This document shows positions 1-12,000 of a stretch of 20,000 nt of DNA, piece by piece; positions within the stretch are counted from its first letter, which is position 1; each line of letters begins with the position of its first letter. The notes below the pieces were generated by a model. It was not told where the DNA came from. It did no database searches and was given only the letters and a program-made list of their open reading frames with translations. Position numbers and translations under genes: made by a program. Source of the DNA: Elsinoe ampelina. Lineage: Eukaryota. The stretch spans positions 1,901,459 through 1,921,458 of the forward strand of contig ML992501.1 of NCBI GenBank assembly GCA_010093995.1. Direction: 5' to 3'.

Positions 1-3000
1 GGTCCTCTGCTTCCTGTCGCCAACTTCTCCTCAACAACATCCTGAGAACGTGTCTTCTTCACCGGCATCTCCCATTGCTCCCAACTTGCCACAGACTCCT
101 TGTCAGCATTGAGATCACTCGCGCCGGTCTCCATGATTGTCTCTGGGACACCGTACTTCTCACCAGAGTTGCGATTTGATCGATCAGTGATGGTATCGTA
201 GCCACTGTCTCTGATCGTCTCTCGTGGCTTATCATCTTCCGGCAGGAAAAGCGACTCTGGTACGCCGCTGTCTCGGCTCTTGTCCAGAACATCGAAAGAC
301 CATCCGGGTGTATTGACGATTCCGGCAGGGCTTGGATCACGAGGTTTATCCAATTCACGTGATTGTTCTGTTGTTGCCAACGAGCCTTCCCGACCTCTTG
401 GGAGCTTACTGACAGTCGTAGGTAGACTCTGCGAGATCTCGGAAGTGTGCATCATGCCGACACTTGAAGTTGACGCTGGCGCTGCGTCGATGGCAGCAAT
501 GGTGGTCTCTGATGGCTCTTCTTCCGTTGGCGTCTCGGCATTCCAGTCAAATGCAGATCCTCGCTTCTTCTTTTTGGATTTCTTGCTCGGGAGATCTGGC
601 AGTGGGGTCTCGACGACTGGTTGCTTGACAGGCTCGGGAATAGCTTCGATCTCTAAAGCGCTTCCTCGTTTCCCTTTGCCCTTTCCCTTCTTACCCTTTT
701 TGATAGGCAGTGCCCATTCATCGTTCTCGGGAGCCTGCTCAGCGCTTGGTACGTCCAGAATCTCCCTGGGAGCAAGACCTGTCGTGTCAAGGGGCAGCTC
801 CTCATGCTCCACAGCGGCAGGTTGAAGCTCACCCGCTGGCATCTCCCCCGTGAGCTCGATAGCACGCCGAGCGTTCTGATCATTCGAGTCATCCTCTTCA
901 GTGTCGACGATCTTCTTGCCTTTGCGTTTCTTCTTGTTCGATTTCGTGAATATGGACTCTTCCGGCCCCTCAGCCTTCGATAGCTCTTCCTGGGATCTGC
1001 TGAGCATCGCTGCAGTGAAGCCAGCCGCTCCGAGACCTGCAGTCAATGCAGCAGTGAAATCATCATCCCCTTGCCCGTAAGTCGATGGCTTGTCGTGAGA
1101 ATCTGGCAACTCCTTTGAAAGCGTACCCTCATCTAGAAGAGACTGCTCAGTCTTTTCCTCAGATGGCGTATCCGTGGTCGATCTGCGATTCTTCTTCCCT
1201 TTCCGGCCTTTCTTGTTGACGATAGCAAAGGCTTCTTCAGGATCCACCTCTGCTACAGTACCTGGCGGCGATGATCGGCGGTGGAAGACTGGGTCCTCCA
1301 CAACCATGTTAGAGTCGAAGCCGGATTGTGCAAGACCAGCTGCGAGAGTGGCTGCAAAGTCTATATCGTTGGATGGCGGGCTAACAGCTCTTGCGAATGA
1401 CGATTGTGTTCCTCTCGCGCGATCATCGGACTCCCGCAGAACCGTGGTCTGTGACAAGTTGGCCCGCAGTCCTTCTTCCGCAGTCTTCTCAGCTACCGGT
1501 GTAGGCGGATCATCCTCGACATCGAAACCCTTTGCCTTCTTGGATTTGCGTTTTTCCTTTTTCGAGATCTTGCGAGTGATTGGAAATTCGGACTGGTCGA
1601 TGTGAGTAGTGTCTTGCGCTCGAGATGCGTCCTCAGTGTCGACCGTTGTTAACTTTTCCGCCACAGGCATGGCTGTCGGGACTCCCTCGTCATCCTGCTC
1701 AGCTGCTTCAACCTCGTCCGCCCAGTCAAATTTACTGAGTGGCCGAGAAAGGCGGAATTGATCTGGGACGCTTGATCGTGGTCCTGATCGGGCTTCGGCC
1801 AGTTCGGACGTTCCCTTTTCGCCGCCAATGGTCTGTGCTATAGACTCTTCTGAGGCTGGGTTGGACGCGACGACTGTGTCAGGCACCACGTCCGATTGCT
1901 CATCTTCGGCGAGGTCAAGAGTCTTTCGCTTCTGCTTGGCTTTCTTCCGATCTTTCTTGGAAAGTTTGAGACTAAAGGGAGAGAATTCCTCGTTGTCTGG
2001 TTCCCGATCCACGAGTTCTACTGGCTTTGCTTGTGCAGTGCTGCTGTCCTGTTCCGTGGAAACGAGGTTCTTCTCGTGGTTGTCGATTGGTGTCTCAGCA
2101 GGTACAGCGACAGAAGAGATCCCACGTTCTGGTGATTCTCTTCGTGACAAAAGTGGCTGACGCTCATCCTCGAGCAGCTCGGAAGGCGCTCTTGTCAAGG
2201 GCATTCGGTCTACCCCCATGAAGCACTCGTTGCCTTCGGAGGAGACGTGGGATGATTGCTGCCTGTGCGGTTCCGACTCTGTGTCGCGAGGCGGACTGTC
2301 CTTGAAACGCGAAATACCAACTTCCTCGACTGGTGATTCGGTCGTAATGACAGCATCTGATTGCTTTGCTGGTGTCGCTGGGATGTCAATTGGGTCCGTG
2401 ATTGCTGCTGATCGATCGACAGTATTTAGCCCGATGAGAGGTTCAGAGGACAACACTGCTTCAGAGATAGCATCCTTCGTTTCCCTGACTACGACAACAT
2501 CTTCTGACTTGGACGGATCAACTTGAGTAGACAAGTCTGGCTGCCGATCCGCTAACGCCAATTTCTGACCAGCTTCCTCAAGATCAGCGGGCAGAGGAAC
2601 TTCCCTTGAAAGAGGCGTTCCAATAGCTGATGCGCGTTTCGACTTCTTCCCTTTCTTCTTCTTAGACATACGAGCCCACATCTCATCCGGCGTCTCCATG
2701 TTCGAATCGAGGAGTGGGTCAATATCCCAATCCCCGAGCGGAGTTGGTATGGCGGATGTCTGTGCGCTGGTAATGGCAAGATTGTCGGTCTGGATGGGTG
2801 ACAGGTCGCGAAGGTCTTCGGGCATCTTCATTGTCTCGAGAGGGACGTCTGGTGAAGGCTGTGCAGGCTCGGAGATCGTGGATTCACGACGGTCGGATGT
2901 AGCTGGGAGGTCTCGCAAGTCAGATGGCATGACCATGCGTTCCAGAGGACGATCATCCGGTGCTGGACTCGGCACTTGCGACTGCACTTCGGATTTGGGC

Positions 3001-6000
3001 AGCCCGTCTCCGTCGCGGTTCACTTGTTCTTTGATCTCGTCGGGTGCAGCGCCGTTGTGTTCCGTCTTGATTTCCTCGGCCTTGTCATCACTCCGCAGAG
3101 CAAGAGCACCCGCAGCTGTGGCGAGAACAGCAGCCGCAGCGGCAGCCTTCCGACCCTTCTTCTTGCTCTTCGAGGTGGTCGGCGCCCAATCGTCCTCTTC
3201 AGGTTGATCGCTGGTAGGATGCTGGACAGGAGCTGTAACCTCAAAGTCGTCTGCCCGCTCAGTGACAGGGGGAGTCATCTGAGCGAAGTCGACGCCCGAA
3301 GCTCGTTTGCCTTTTTTGCCCTTCTTGCCTTTCTTAACGACGTATGAGCTCCATTCGTCTTCTGGTGTGGCTTGAACTGACTGTATTGGTGCCGAGTCGT
3401 TGATGGCTGGCGTGTCTGCGGGCTCGACTGCTTTTGATGGGCCCATACTGTCAGCAGTAGTGTCGATAGTCGGAACGCCTCGTTCAATATCCTTGCTAGT
3501 GGATGTGGCCAGTTGTTGCTCGGTCGCCGATCCGGTGGAGGCTGCATACTGGTCGGCAGTACCCCTGAGAGATTGCTCAGCAGGAGGATCAAAGCCAGAT
3601 TGATGAGGGACCGGATCGAGCTCGTCGCTGATGGCCCGCTTGGAATTCTTCCCTTTACGTGCTTTCTTTGTTGTGAATTCGTCATTCCAAGAAGTTTCGA
3701 TATGCGCAGTGGAAATTGGTTCTGTGGCAGGTTCATCGACGCGAGACTCCGTGTTGGCGAACTCGTCCACAGCCGGCTGGCTGCCCTCAGCGACTCCCAT
3801 GGTTTCGCCATGGCTTGTTGCTGTAGCCATATCCACCTTAGCAGGTTGCGAGATGACCTCGTTTGTAGTCGGAGCCTGCTCGTCTGCCTCAGCACGTTTC
3901 CCCTTCTTGCCCTTACGCTTCTTGAGAGGAGTGAAGCCCCAACCATCATCTGCGATGGTCTCATTGATTGTCGTGTTAGGCTCCTCTTGTTGGAGAATCG
4001 GTTCCGACGTCGACTCAATGGCTTGGATCTGCCCTACTGGATCAGCTGGAACAGGTGCGAGATTTCCAGACTCGTTATCAAGCGGCATCGCGGCATCAGC
4101 GATGGGCGCCGGTGCTGCCTCAAACTCAATTGCTTCTGCCCGCTTCCCTTTCTTGCCTTTCCGCTTCTTGACTGGAAAGTCCCAAGCATCATCTGCTGCG
4201 GTCTCGGCTGGTGGCTGTGACCGTTGCAATTCGATGTCGGCCTGTTTGTCTATGGCGATGACTTCCGTTGTTGGCAGGACCTCCACGTCTCTTGAAGATT
4301 GCTCTAGGCTCGGGAGTGGTGCATTGTCGTTGGGGACCGGGACCTCCTGTCCTTCCAGTGTCGTTTCTTCCGCCGGAGTCTCAGACAATGCCTTTCCCTT
4401 GCCACGCTTCTTGTCCTTTCTAGACTTCTTGGTGACGAAGACTTCCGAAGGGGGTTCAACCGGATTCTCAACATTCTTGACTTCTGTGTTACTGACATCG
4501 GGATCATCAGCATGGGCTGAGGTAGTTTCAGTGACGGCGGGCATCTGACTAACGGTCTCCAGCTCCTCCACATCGCCACGCATCCGGCTGCTCTCATCCC
4601 TGATCAGATCAACTTCACCCCACAGATTGGAGAAATCCCTTGGCTTCGCAGGCAGAGACGAAACAGGTTGGTCAGGGGTGGCTTCGATCGATGGCACTGG
4701 GTCCGGATGCGGGTTTTGCGCCTGAACGTCTTCAGTGGAAGTATGCTCAGGCAGAGGAGCATCGGGATCCGGTCGAGTGAATCGATCCGACTCATCCCTC
4801 ACCAGATCTTCGGGGCCCCATAGCGGCTCGCTGGAAGCAGTCTTCGTTTCGCTCGACTGTTGGACGGTTGTGTCGGAATCTTGGTTCTTATCGTGCTGCT
4901 CAGTAGACTTTTCTGCGTCGCCATCTAAGATTGTTCTGTCCCTGGATTTGCTCGACGAGGAACGCTTGTCTGATTTGTCGCTGCTGCGTTTCGATTTGCC
5001 AGCAATACCAGGTAGGACCCACGAGAGCACTGTCGAGGTAGCTGACTTTCGTTTCTCATCCTTGCTTTTGGATCGCTTGTCTTTGTTCCCACGCTCAGTT
5101 GACTTGCTCCGCGTATCGATGGGTGACGACGAATCATCGATCTTCTCGGCCTCGATGCCGTCCTTAGTCGTAGGTTGCTGTTCGGAGACGGTATCGTCTT
5201 GCTGTACAACCATACGGCTGTCCGGCAATATCTGGTCTTGCGTACCGACTGATGAGGATTCTTCGGGATGCACAGAACCGTCGGATTTGCCGTTTTTGTG
5301 ATTTCCAGTACCGAGAGCTGCGACCGTAGCACCTACGCCCGCAACAGCACCAGCCATTAGGCCCCAATAGTCTGTAGATCTGATCGCGTCCTGTTGTGAT
5401 GTCTGCACCATTTCCGAGGTAGCTACTTTGTCGTCCAAAGGGTCGGTGAGGGACTCAGCGGATTCTCTGAATTGCGGTGGTGTGGCGTCTTCAGTCCCTG
5501 CGGGTGTTACTTCGCCATTGCCGTCTTCATCCTCGAACGCCCAGGGATCAGATCTTCGAGCCTTCTTCAACTTCTTCCGCTCGGCTTTGGAGAGTTGCTT
5601 TGTATCTATTTCAATGGACTCGGTCTGTGCTGGCATTGTACCTTGCACGACATCTGTAGCGTCGTCGAAGCTCCTGACAGGTTCCACTGGCTCGCCAGTT
5701 GCTACCGATTCTGTTGGCTCTTGCAAAGGCTCATCGTTCCAAAGATCCACCTTCTTGCCTTTCTTGAGCTTTTTCAGCTCCTTCTTGGACAGTGGTTTAG
5801 CCCATTCGTCGGTCTCACTTGCTTGGTTCTGCGTAGCAGGAGAGTCAGAAGGCGGCTCGTGCGAAACGATCGTGGTTGGAGGCTCCTTTTGGAAAGGAGT
5901 GGCCTGCGTATCGAGTTCAGCTTCTTCCACTGCGATCGCAGCTGGGTTATCCTCAACAGCCACTTGCTTGCCCTTTTTCAGCTTCTTCAGCTCTTTCTTG

Positions 6001-9000
6001 GATAGCGGTTTCGACCATGGCTCAATTTCCTGTTCCAGGTCGGGATCTGCAGGTGCCTCTTTTCCTACAGTGGGGTCTGCATCTGCCAGGACAATTTCGC
6101 GAGGCGCGTCGGTATCCACCTCTCGAGTACCAGCGACGTCGACGATTTGCTTGCCCTCGGCGTCGACGGACGGTGATGGCTCCTCGCTCCACAAGTCGAC
6201 TTTCTTGCCTTTCTTCAGCTTCTTTAGTTCCTTCTTCGAGAGTGGTTTTGACCGCTCGTCAGCTTCAGGTTCCTGCTCAACGATAGTGCGAGAAGGGTCC
6301 GCAGTAGTTTGATTAGTGACGTCCACAGTGTCGGCAAGCGCCTCGTTCTCGACAGTAGTAGCAGTATTTGCGTCATCGTCAGGCTGCTTGCTGTCGCTGA
6401 CAATGTTCGTGGTCGGCTCTTCAATGGCAGTGTTCACCGGCTCATCACTCCATGGGTCTACTTGCTTCCCCTTCTTCAGCTTCTTGAGTTCTTTCTTCGA
6501 AAGTGGCTTACTCCAAGGCTCCGGTTCGGTCCCATTCGGTGGCTCGTCTGCGAGCTCCAAGGGTTGCGCTCTATCCTGAGTGGTCCCGGCATAAACACCA
6601 AGGTTATCGTCTGCTTCTGAGTATTCGGTCGGTTGAGTGGCATTGGCATTGATTGCCAATGGTTCTTCTCTACCCGGAGATAGAGCCGTCGGCGATTTAG
6701 CAGATAGATCCACCTGCTTTCCTTTCTTGAGCTTCTTCAGCTCCTTTTTGGAAAGAGACTTGCTCCCGGCTTCTGGTACTGCGGTGTCGACTGGGGCGTC
6801 GGGCTGCATATGGCTGGAGATATCCTCAGACTGGAGTTGTGGAGTTTCGAGGTTGGTTCTCGTCTCGGCCGAGTCATCCGGGAGGTCTGTTTGCTGTAAA
6901 GAAGCCGAATTGTCAAGCGTGCTTCTACCAGTCAGTTGTCTGTCCTCCGCGGCAGGAGATGGCTCCTCTGCCCAGATGTCAACTTTCTTGCCCTTCTTCA
7001 GCTTTTTCAGCTCTTTCTTTGATAACGGCTTCGACCATTCTTCGATCTCAGTAGGGTCTTGTGGACGCACGGGCGGATCAGCCTGCGGTTGCTGGACATC
7101 TGGGATGGCAGCGGCGTCAGATTCGCCGATGGTCTGGAGGGCAGAGGCGTCAACAGCATCAATCTTTTCGATATCGAGCTTGGCGAGAGGATGATGTGAC
7201 CCAGCAAGTGGGTCGCTCTGTCTCTCTTCATTAGGTGTTGAGGCTTGAGTCGACGGCTCTTCGGTCCACAAGTCGATCTTCTTGCCCTTCTTCAACTTCT
7301 TGAGCTCTTTCTTGGAAAGTGCTCGCGCTTCTGGCTGGACAGAGGACTCTGCAGGGGGCGGCTCAACTTCGGTCTGTTGTTCGACGTGCTCGGACACGAA
7401 ACGGGACGGGGCAGATGTCTCGATAGGTTCAGCGTCGGTCGACGTAGCATGTGACATGAATGCTTCACTTTGGTCCTGTGGGACTGGCTCGGTTGTTGCT
7501 GGCACAACGTCGTTCCAGATGTCAAATTGAACGCCCTTCCCCTTCTTTCCTTTCTTCTTCTTGTCAGACTTCAAGGGAGTAGATGCCCGTTCAACCTCAG
7601 TAGGTTTGGTCGTTCCCGCGGATCTCTCCACGGCGGTCACGGGCGTCGTGATGATCGATGGTTGCTCCTCAAAAGACGTTTGCTGCAGCTGCTGCATCTG
7701 CTCATCAATTCTAAACGTCTCCGACTGTTTCGATTCGTGAGTCTCAAGAGCGGGCAGACTTGTCGTGGGGTCATCTTCCTTCGAAATTCCAAGTTCAGTA
7801 AGACCTGACGGTGGTTGATCTCGAGTCGTAGATGGAACATCAGCAGGTACCACGATCGCTTCCTCCGACTTTAATTCGACAATGTCACGCTTGCTCTTAC
7901 TGCCTTTTCGTTCTCGCTTTGCTCGCCACTCCTTGCCTGGACTCTCACTCTCGCCGAAAAGACCATCGACAGCATCCCGAGTATCTTGCTCGTTCCTCTC
8001 CTTAATCTCTTCCGCAGTCTCGCGATCGACTTCACCGCTTGTCACGACAGCAGTGCCGAGCTTGAGAGGCTTGCCTTTCTTCTTGCTGCCCTTACGGGCA
8101 GGTTTGAGGACGAATGCAGGCTCCGGCTGTTCGCTGGGTGTGGCAAAGGAGGGGCTGGGCTCCTCCAGTGGCGTGGCGAACACGGAATGTGATCCTGGGG
8201 AGATCGGTGTGGGCTCAGCAAGGCTAGAGGTGGTTGGAGGCATGTCAGACCCGTCGCTGATAGGCTCGCGCGAATGAGAGCTAACGTCGGTCTCGGTCAG
8301 AGCGTCGGCAGCGAGTGCAGCTCCGGGCCCAAGTGCTACAGTGCTAGCAATGGTGCCAAAGTCCAAGCCTGTAGAGACGGTAGGTGCACTGTCAGGTTGC
8401 GGGACTTGGTCGACCGCATCTCTGGCTGCGCGTTCTTCCCTCTCCTTCTCCTCCCTAAGCATATCTTCCCAGCTGTAAAACTCGGGTTCACGCTTGGGCT
8501 TTTTGCTGAACACATCGGAAGGAAAGGCGCTCGCTCGAGGAGTACTCTGATTGGAGCTTAGCACGTCCTCGAAACGCATCTGCGACTCGATTGAACGCTC
8601 TATAGGCAAGTCGAAGTTCTTGAATTCATCCTCGGCAGACATGGCTGGCAGTGGTGTTTCTACGGCGTCTTCGAAGAGCTGCTCCTCAACAGCACTCTCA
8701 TATCCGTCGCTACCTCTAAGGCTCGATGCGCGGCTCGTCTCCCGACTGATCGGAAGAGGTGGTAGCGGCTCGTCCTCAAGGACTATTTCACTGGGCTTAC
8801 GATTGTGCTCGACGAGATACAAAGGTTGAAACTCTCGTCTGATCTCAATAGATCGGGGCCTCGAAGCTCTGGTCCGAGGTGTAATGAGAGAAGCAGGGGA
8901 ATCTGGTGAAGCAGGTACTTGACTCGAGAAGCTCTCTGCTCGTTGCCGTGAAGCGTTTGGCGTGGACGTCGTGCTCACCGATGGTGAAGGTGGCGGCCGG

Positions 9001-12000
9001 CGAAAGCGGAATGGTACAGCTGTAGCGGACGCTGGGCGAAGTGGCAAAGCTGCGGGACGCCGAGGAGTCTCTGTAACCGGTGACTGAAGGGATAGAGACT
9101 CTGGCGACATGACACTGCCTCCGAGGCTTTCTTCATGATACATGGTCGCGGTACCAAGATCAGCTGACCTGTCGGAATTTATGGCCGTCTCTGGAGCTCG
9201 AGACAGCTGGGTTGATGGTTCGGCGGGTAGAGATTGAAGCTCCTCAACCTCTACCCGCTTGGCTAAAAAAGACTGATCCTGGTATTTATCCTCTCCGGTC
9301 AATGTGCTGCTCCGGTCACGGTTTCGCAGATCCTCTTTGGACGAAGTTGATCGACGAGATAATTGATCAGGTGGGCTCTCTGCTTCGCGGTCTCGTCGAC
9401 GTTCGCGCTTCGACTCGGATGGTATATCACCATAGTCTGCAGTGCTCCGCCGCGAGATGCCAGAGGCAACACTGCGTGTGTCATCGTCGTCTCCTGTCCC
9501 GCGACGGCGATGATGTTTCTTGTCTTTCTTGTCGTCGCGATCATCTGGCTCATCTTGATTGGCGTCTTCCGACTTGCGACGGAACATTCCGAACAGGCCG
9601 CCCTTCTTGTCCTTCTTCGACGAGCTCTCATCTTTATCACGCTTTGACTTGCTCGAACGCTCAGAGTAGCCTGAAACCATGGACATGTTGTCATCAAAGT
9701 CGCCACTACGTCTTGACTTTTTCTTACGGGCTCTCCGCTCCTCTTCTGTCTCGGTTCGTTGAGGCTCGTCAAAGGATCCCGGAATGCCATAATTGAACTG
9801 CTCTCGCTCGGTGTTGCCATTCCTGTCCGCAGAGGCGGCCTCATACGGTGGTGAGCGTGATAGAGTGTCTCGTCGCTGGCGGGACTTCTCGTCAATAGGA
9901 CTCCTATCGTCGAATCGATCCTCATCTCGTTTGTCTGAGCGAGATTTCAGTGCATCGTTGGCGACGAAACCGGCAGCCCCGCCGGCTAGCAGCGCTGTAG
10001 CGATGTCACCGAAGCTCTGCTTGTCCTTTCTGCGGTCGCCAGCTTCGGACTGAGTGTCGCGATCAATTTGGTCCTCTCGACGTTTGCTGCCAGGCTCTGA
10101 CGCGGCATATGTATCTCGAGTTGTAGAAGTGTCCCGAGAAGATTTGTCGTCGGCCAGACTCTTGCGGCGTTCCTTCTCGAGCTTCTTCTTGTCCTTTTTC
10201 GAGAGTGGGGCTGCCCAGGCTGTGTCTAGCTCTTCCTCCTTGGACGCAATGCCATTCGTTGAAAGGACAGGCTCGGATATATCATCGGTATTTTGTCGAG
10301 CAAGCTTGTCTCGCTTTTTCAGCTCCTTCTTGCTCAACGGTACTTGCCACTCGTCAGCTGTGGGAGCTTCTTCCACAGGAGTCTCGACCGGCGTAGGGAA
10401 GTCTTCTGTGTTTTGTCTAGCAAGCTTGTCTCGTTTCTTCTGTTCCTTCTTGCTCAACGGAATCTGCCACTCGTCGGCTGCAGAGGTTTCCTCGACCGGG
10501 GTCTCGACTGGAGTAGAGAAGTCGTCCGTGTTCTGTCGAGCAAGCTTGTCACGTTTCTTTTGCTCCTTCTTGCTCAAGGGAACTTGCCACTCATCCTGGA
10601 CGGAAACCTCCTTGACTGGCGTTTCGACCGGCGTCGAAAACTCGTCGGTGTTCTGTCGTGCCAATTTGTCCCTTTTCTTCTGCTCCTTTTTACTTAGAGG
10701 GACAGACCACTCATCATTTGCAGCGTCGTGGAATGCGGTTGACTCTGACTGCTCCTTGACAGGGATCTCAATTGGATTGGCAAAGTCATCCGTAGCTTGC
10801 CGTGCCAATTTCTCTCGCTTCTTCTGTTCCTTGCGTGACAGGGTCGGAGTCCATGTGTCTTCTTGCTCAGCAATGGCTTCAATGACAGGCTGAATCATAG
10901 GGTCAGAAGCTGGCTCAGGAATCGTCTGCAAAGGCGTCACAGAAGCGCTCGCGAAATCGTCCGTATCCTCCCTGACGAGCTTGTCTCGACGTTTCCTGTC
11001 CTTTTTCGAAAGAGGTGCTTCGAAAAATTGCTCCTCGTTGTCTTTCGTAGGAGGTGTTTGGACTGCCATGAATGGCTCCAGAGCTTCAGCGACTATGTCA
11101 TCAGTATCGCGACGAGGTAGCTTGTCTCGCTTGCGTTGCTCCTTCTTAGTGAGCGGCTTCTCCCAACTTTCCTTGTCGCCAGCGGCCTGGGCGACAGGCT
11201 CCTCGATGACGGATGAAGCACGCTCGGACATGTCTGGCTCAGAGGCAAAATCTACAATCTCACGCGTGCCAGTCTTGCCCTTCCGCTTCTTGTCCTTTTT
11301 GCTAAGGCCAGTGTCCCATGTTTCAGATCTTGTGTCGAGATCTCGATCCTCTTTCTCAAGATTGCGAGGTGGCAGCGAAGACCATGACTGAGCAAGAGGC
11401 CCGTCTTCGATGACCTTATCCTTGACCTCGCGAACACGAGATGTATCCCGGCTAGGAGGCTTCGTTTCTCGTGATATTGTTGGTGGTGGCCCATCTTCGA
11501 AAGCACCTGGAATATAGGACCTCCTCTCAGCCACGGGCGTTGGCTCGTCCACCTCGCCTTCAATAAAGCCTCGAACAGGCGGTGCTCCCTCAGTACCAGG
11601 AGAGTCTAATGACATTCCAAGATCGGACACGGTCTCGAAGAAGGGTGACTGGTAGATACCAGGTCGTTCGAAAGATGATCTCGGCTCTTCGCGAACGACT
11701 TCGATTGTCTCAGGCTCTCCAGTAAATCTGTCAGCGGCGAATGGAGCCGCGGCGGATGGGAGATCGCTGAATTTGTAGCTCGTGCTGGGCTCGCCACGTT
11801 CATCGCTCTTGACTTCGATGACCGGATCTGAGGGATACGCCCCAGCAGGTGGTAAACGCGGACTGTGCGCAGGGGACTCGATCTCATAGAAGCGAGTATC
11901 ATCTGGACCCCAGCTGACTCGATTGGCCACTTTCTCGTCCCTTGTCTTCTCGGCGGACTGATTGGGGATTTCACGTTCCGTCACGACGTGTGGAGAGACC

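Noticed and set aside
3311..3320. A6 run (GGC AAA AAA GGC) as a second slippery site
   Set aside because: The phase gives C_AAA_AAA, not X_XXY_YYZ. It is simply Lys-Lys in a basic island.
9223..9270. Hairpin plus A/T run read as an intrinsic terminator
   Set aside because: The context is eukaryotic, and on the coding strand the U run lies 5' of the hairpin, which is the wrong order for a terminator.
9263..9272. TCTTTTTTAG read as a 3' splice acceptor
   Set aside because: The frame is open on both sides without splicing and no good CTRAY branch point is nearby (only TTGAC). Splicing would also not explain the in-phase heptamer and adjacent 16-bp hairpin. It is not fully excluded without RNA-seq.
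10290..10880. Regularly spaced repeats resembling a CRISPR array
   Set aside because: They are in-frame coding repeats with synonymous variation in a eukaryotic gene, with no unique spacers or cas genes.
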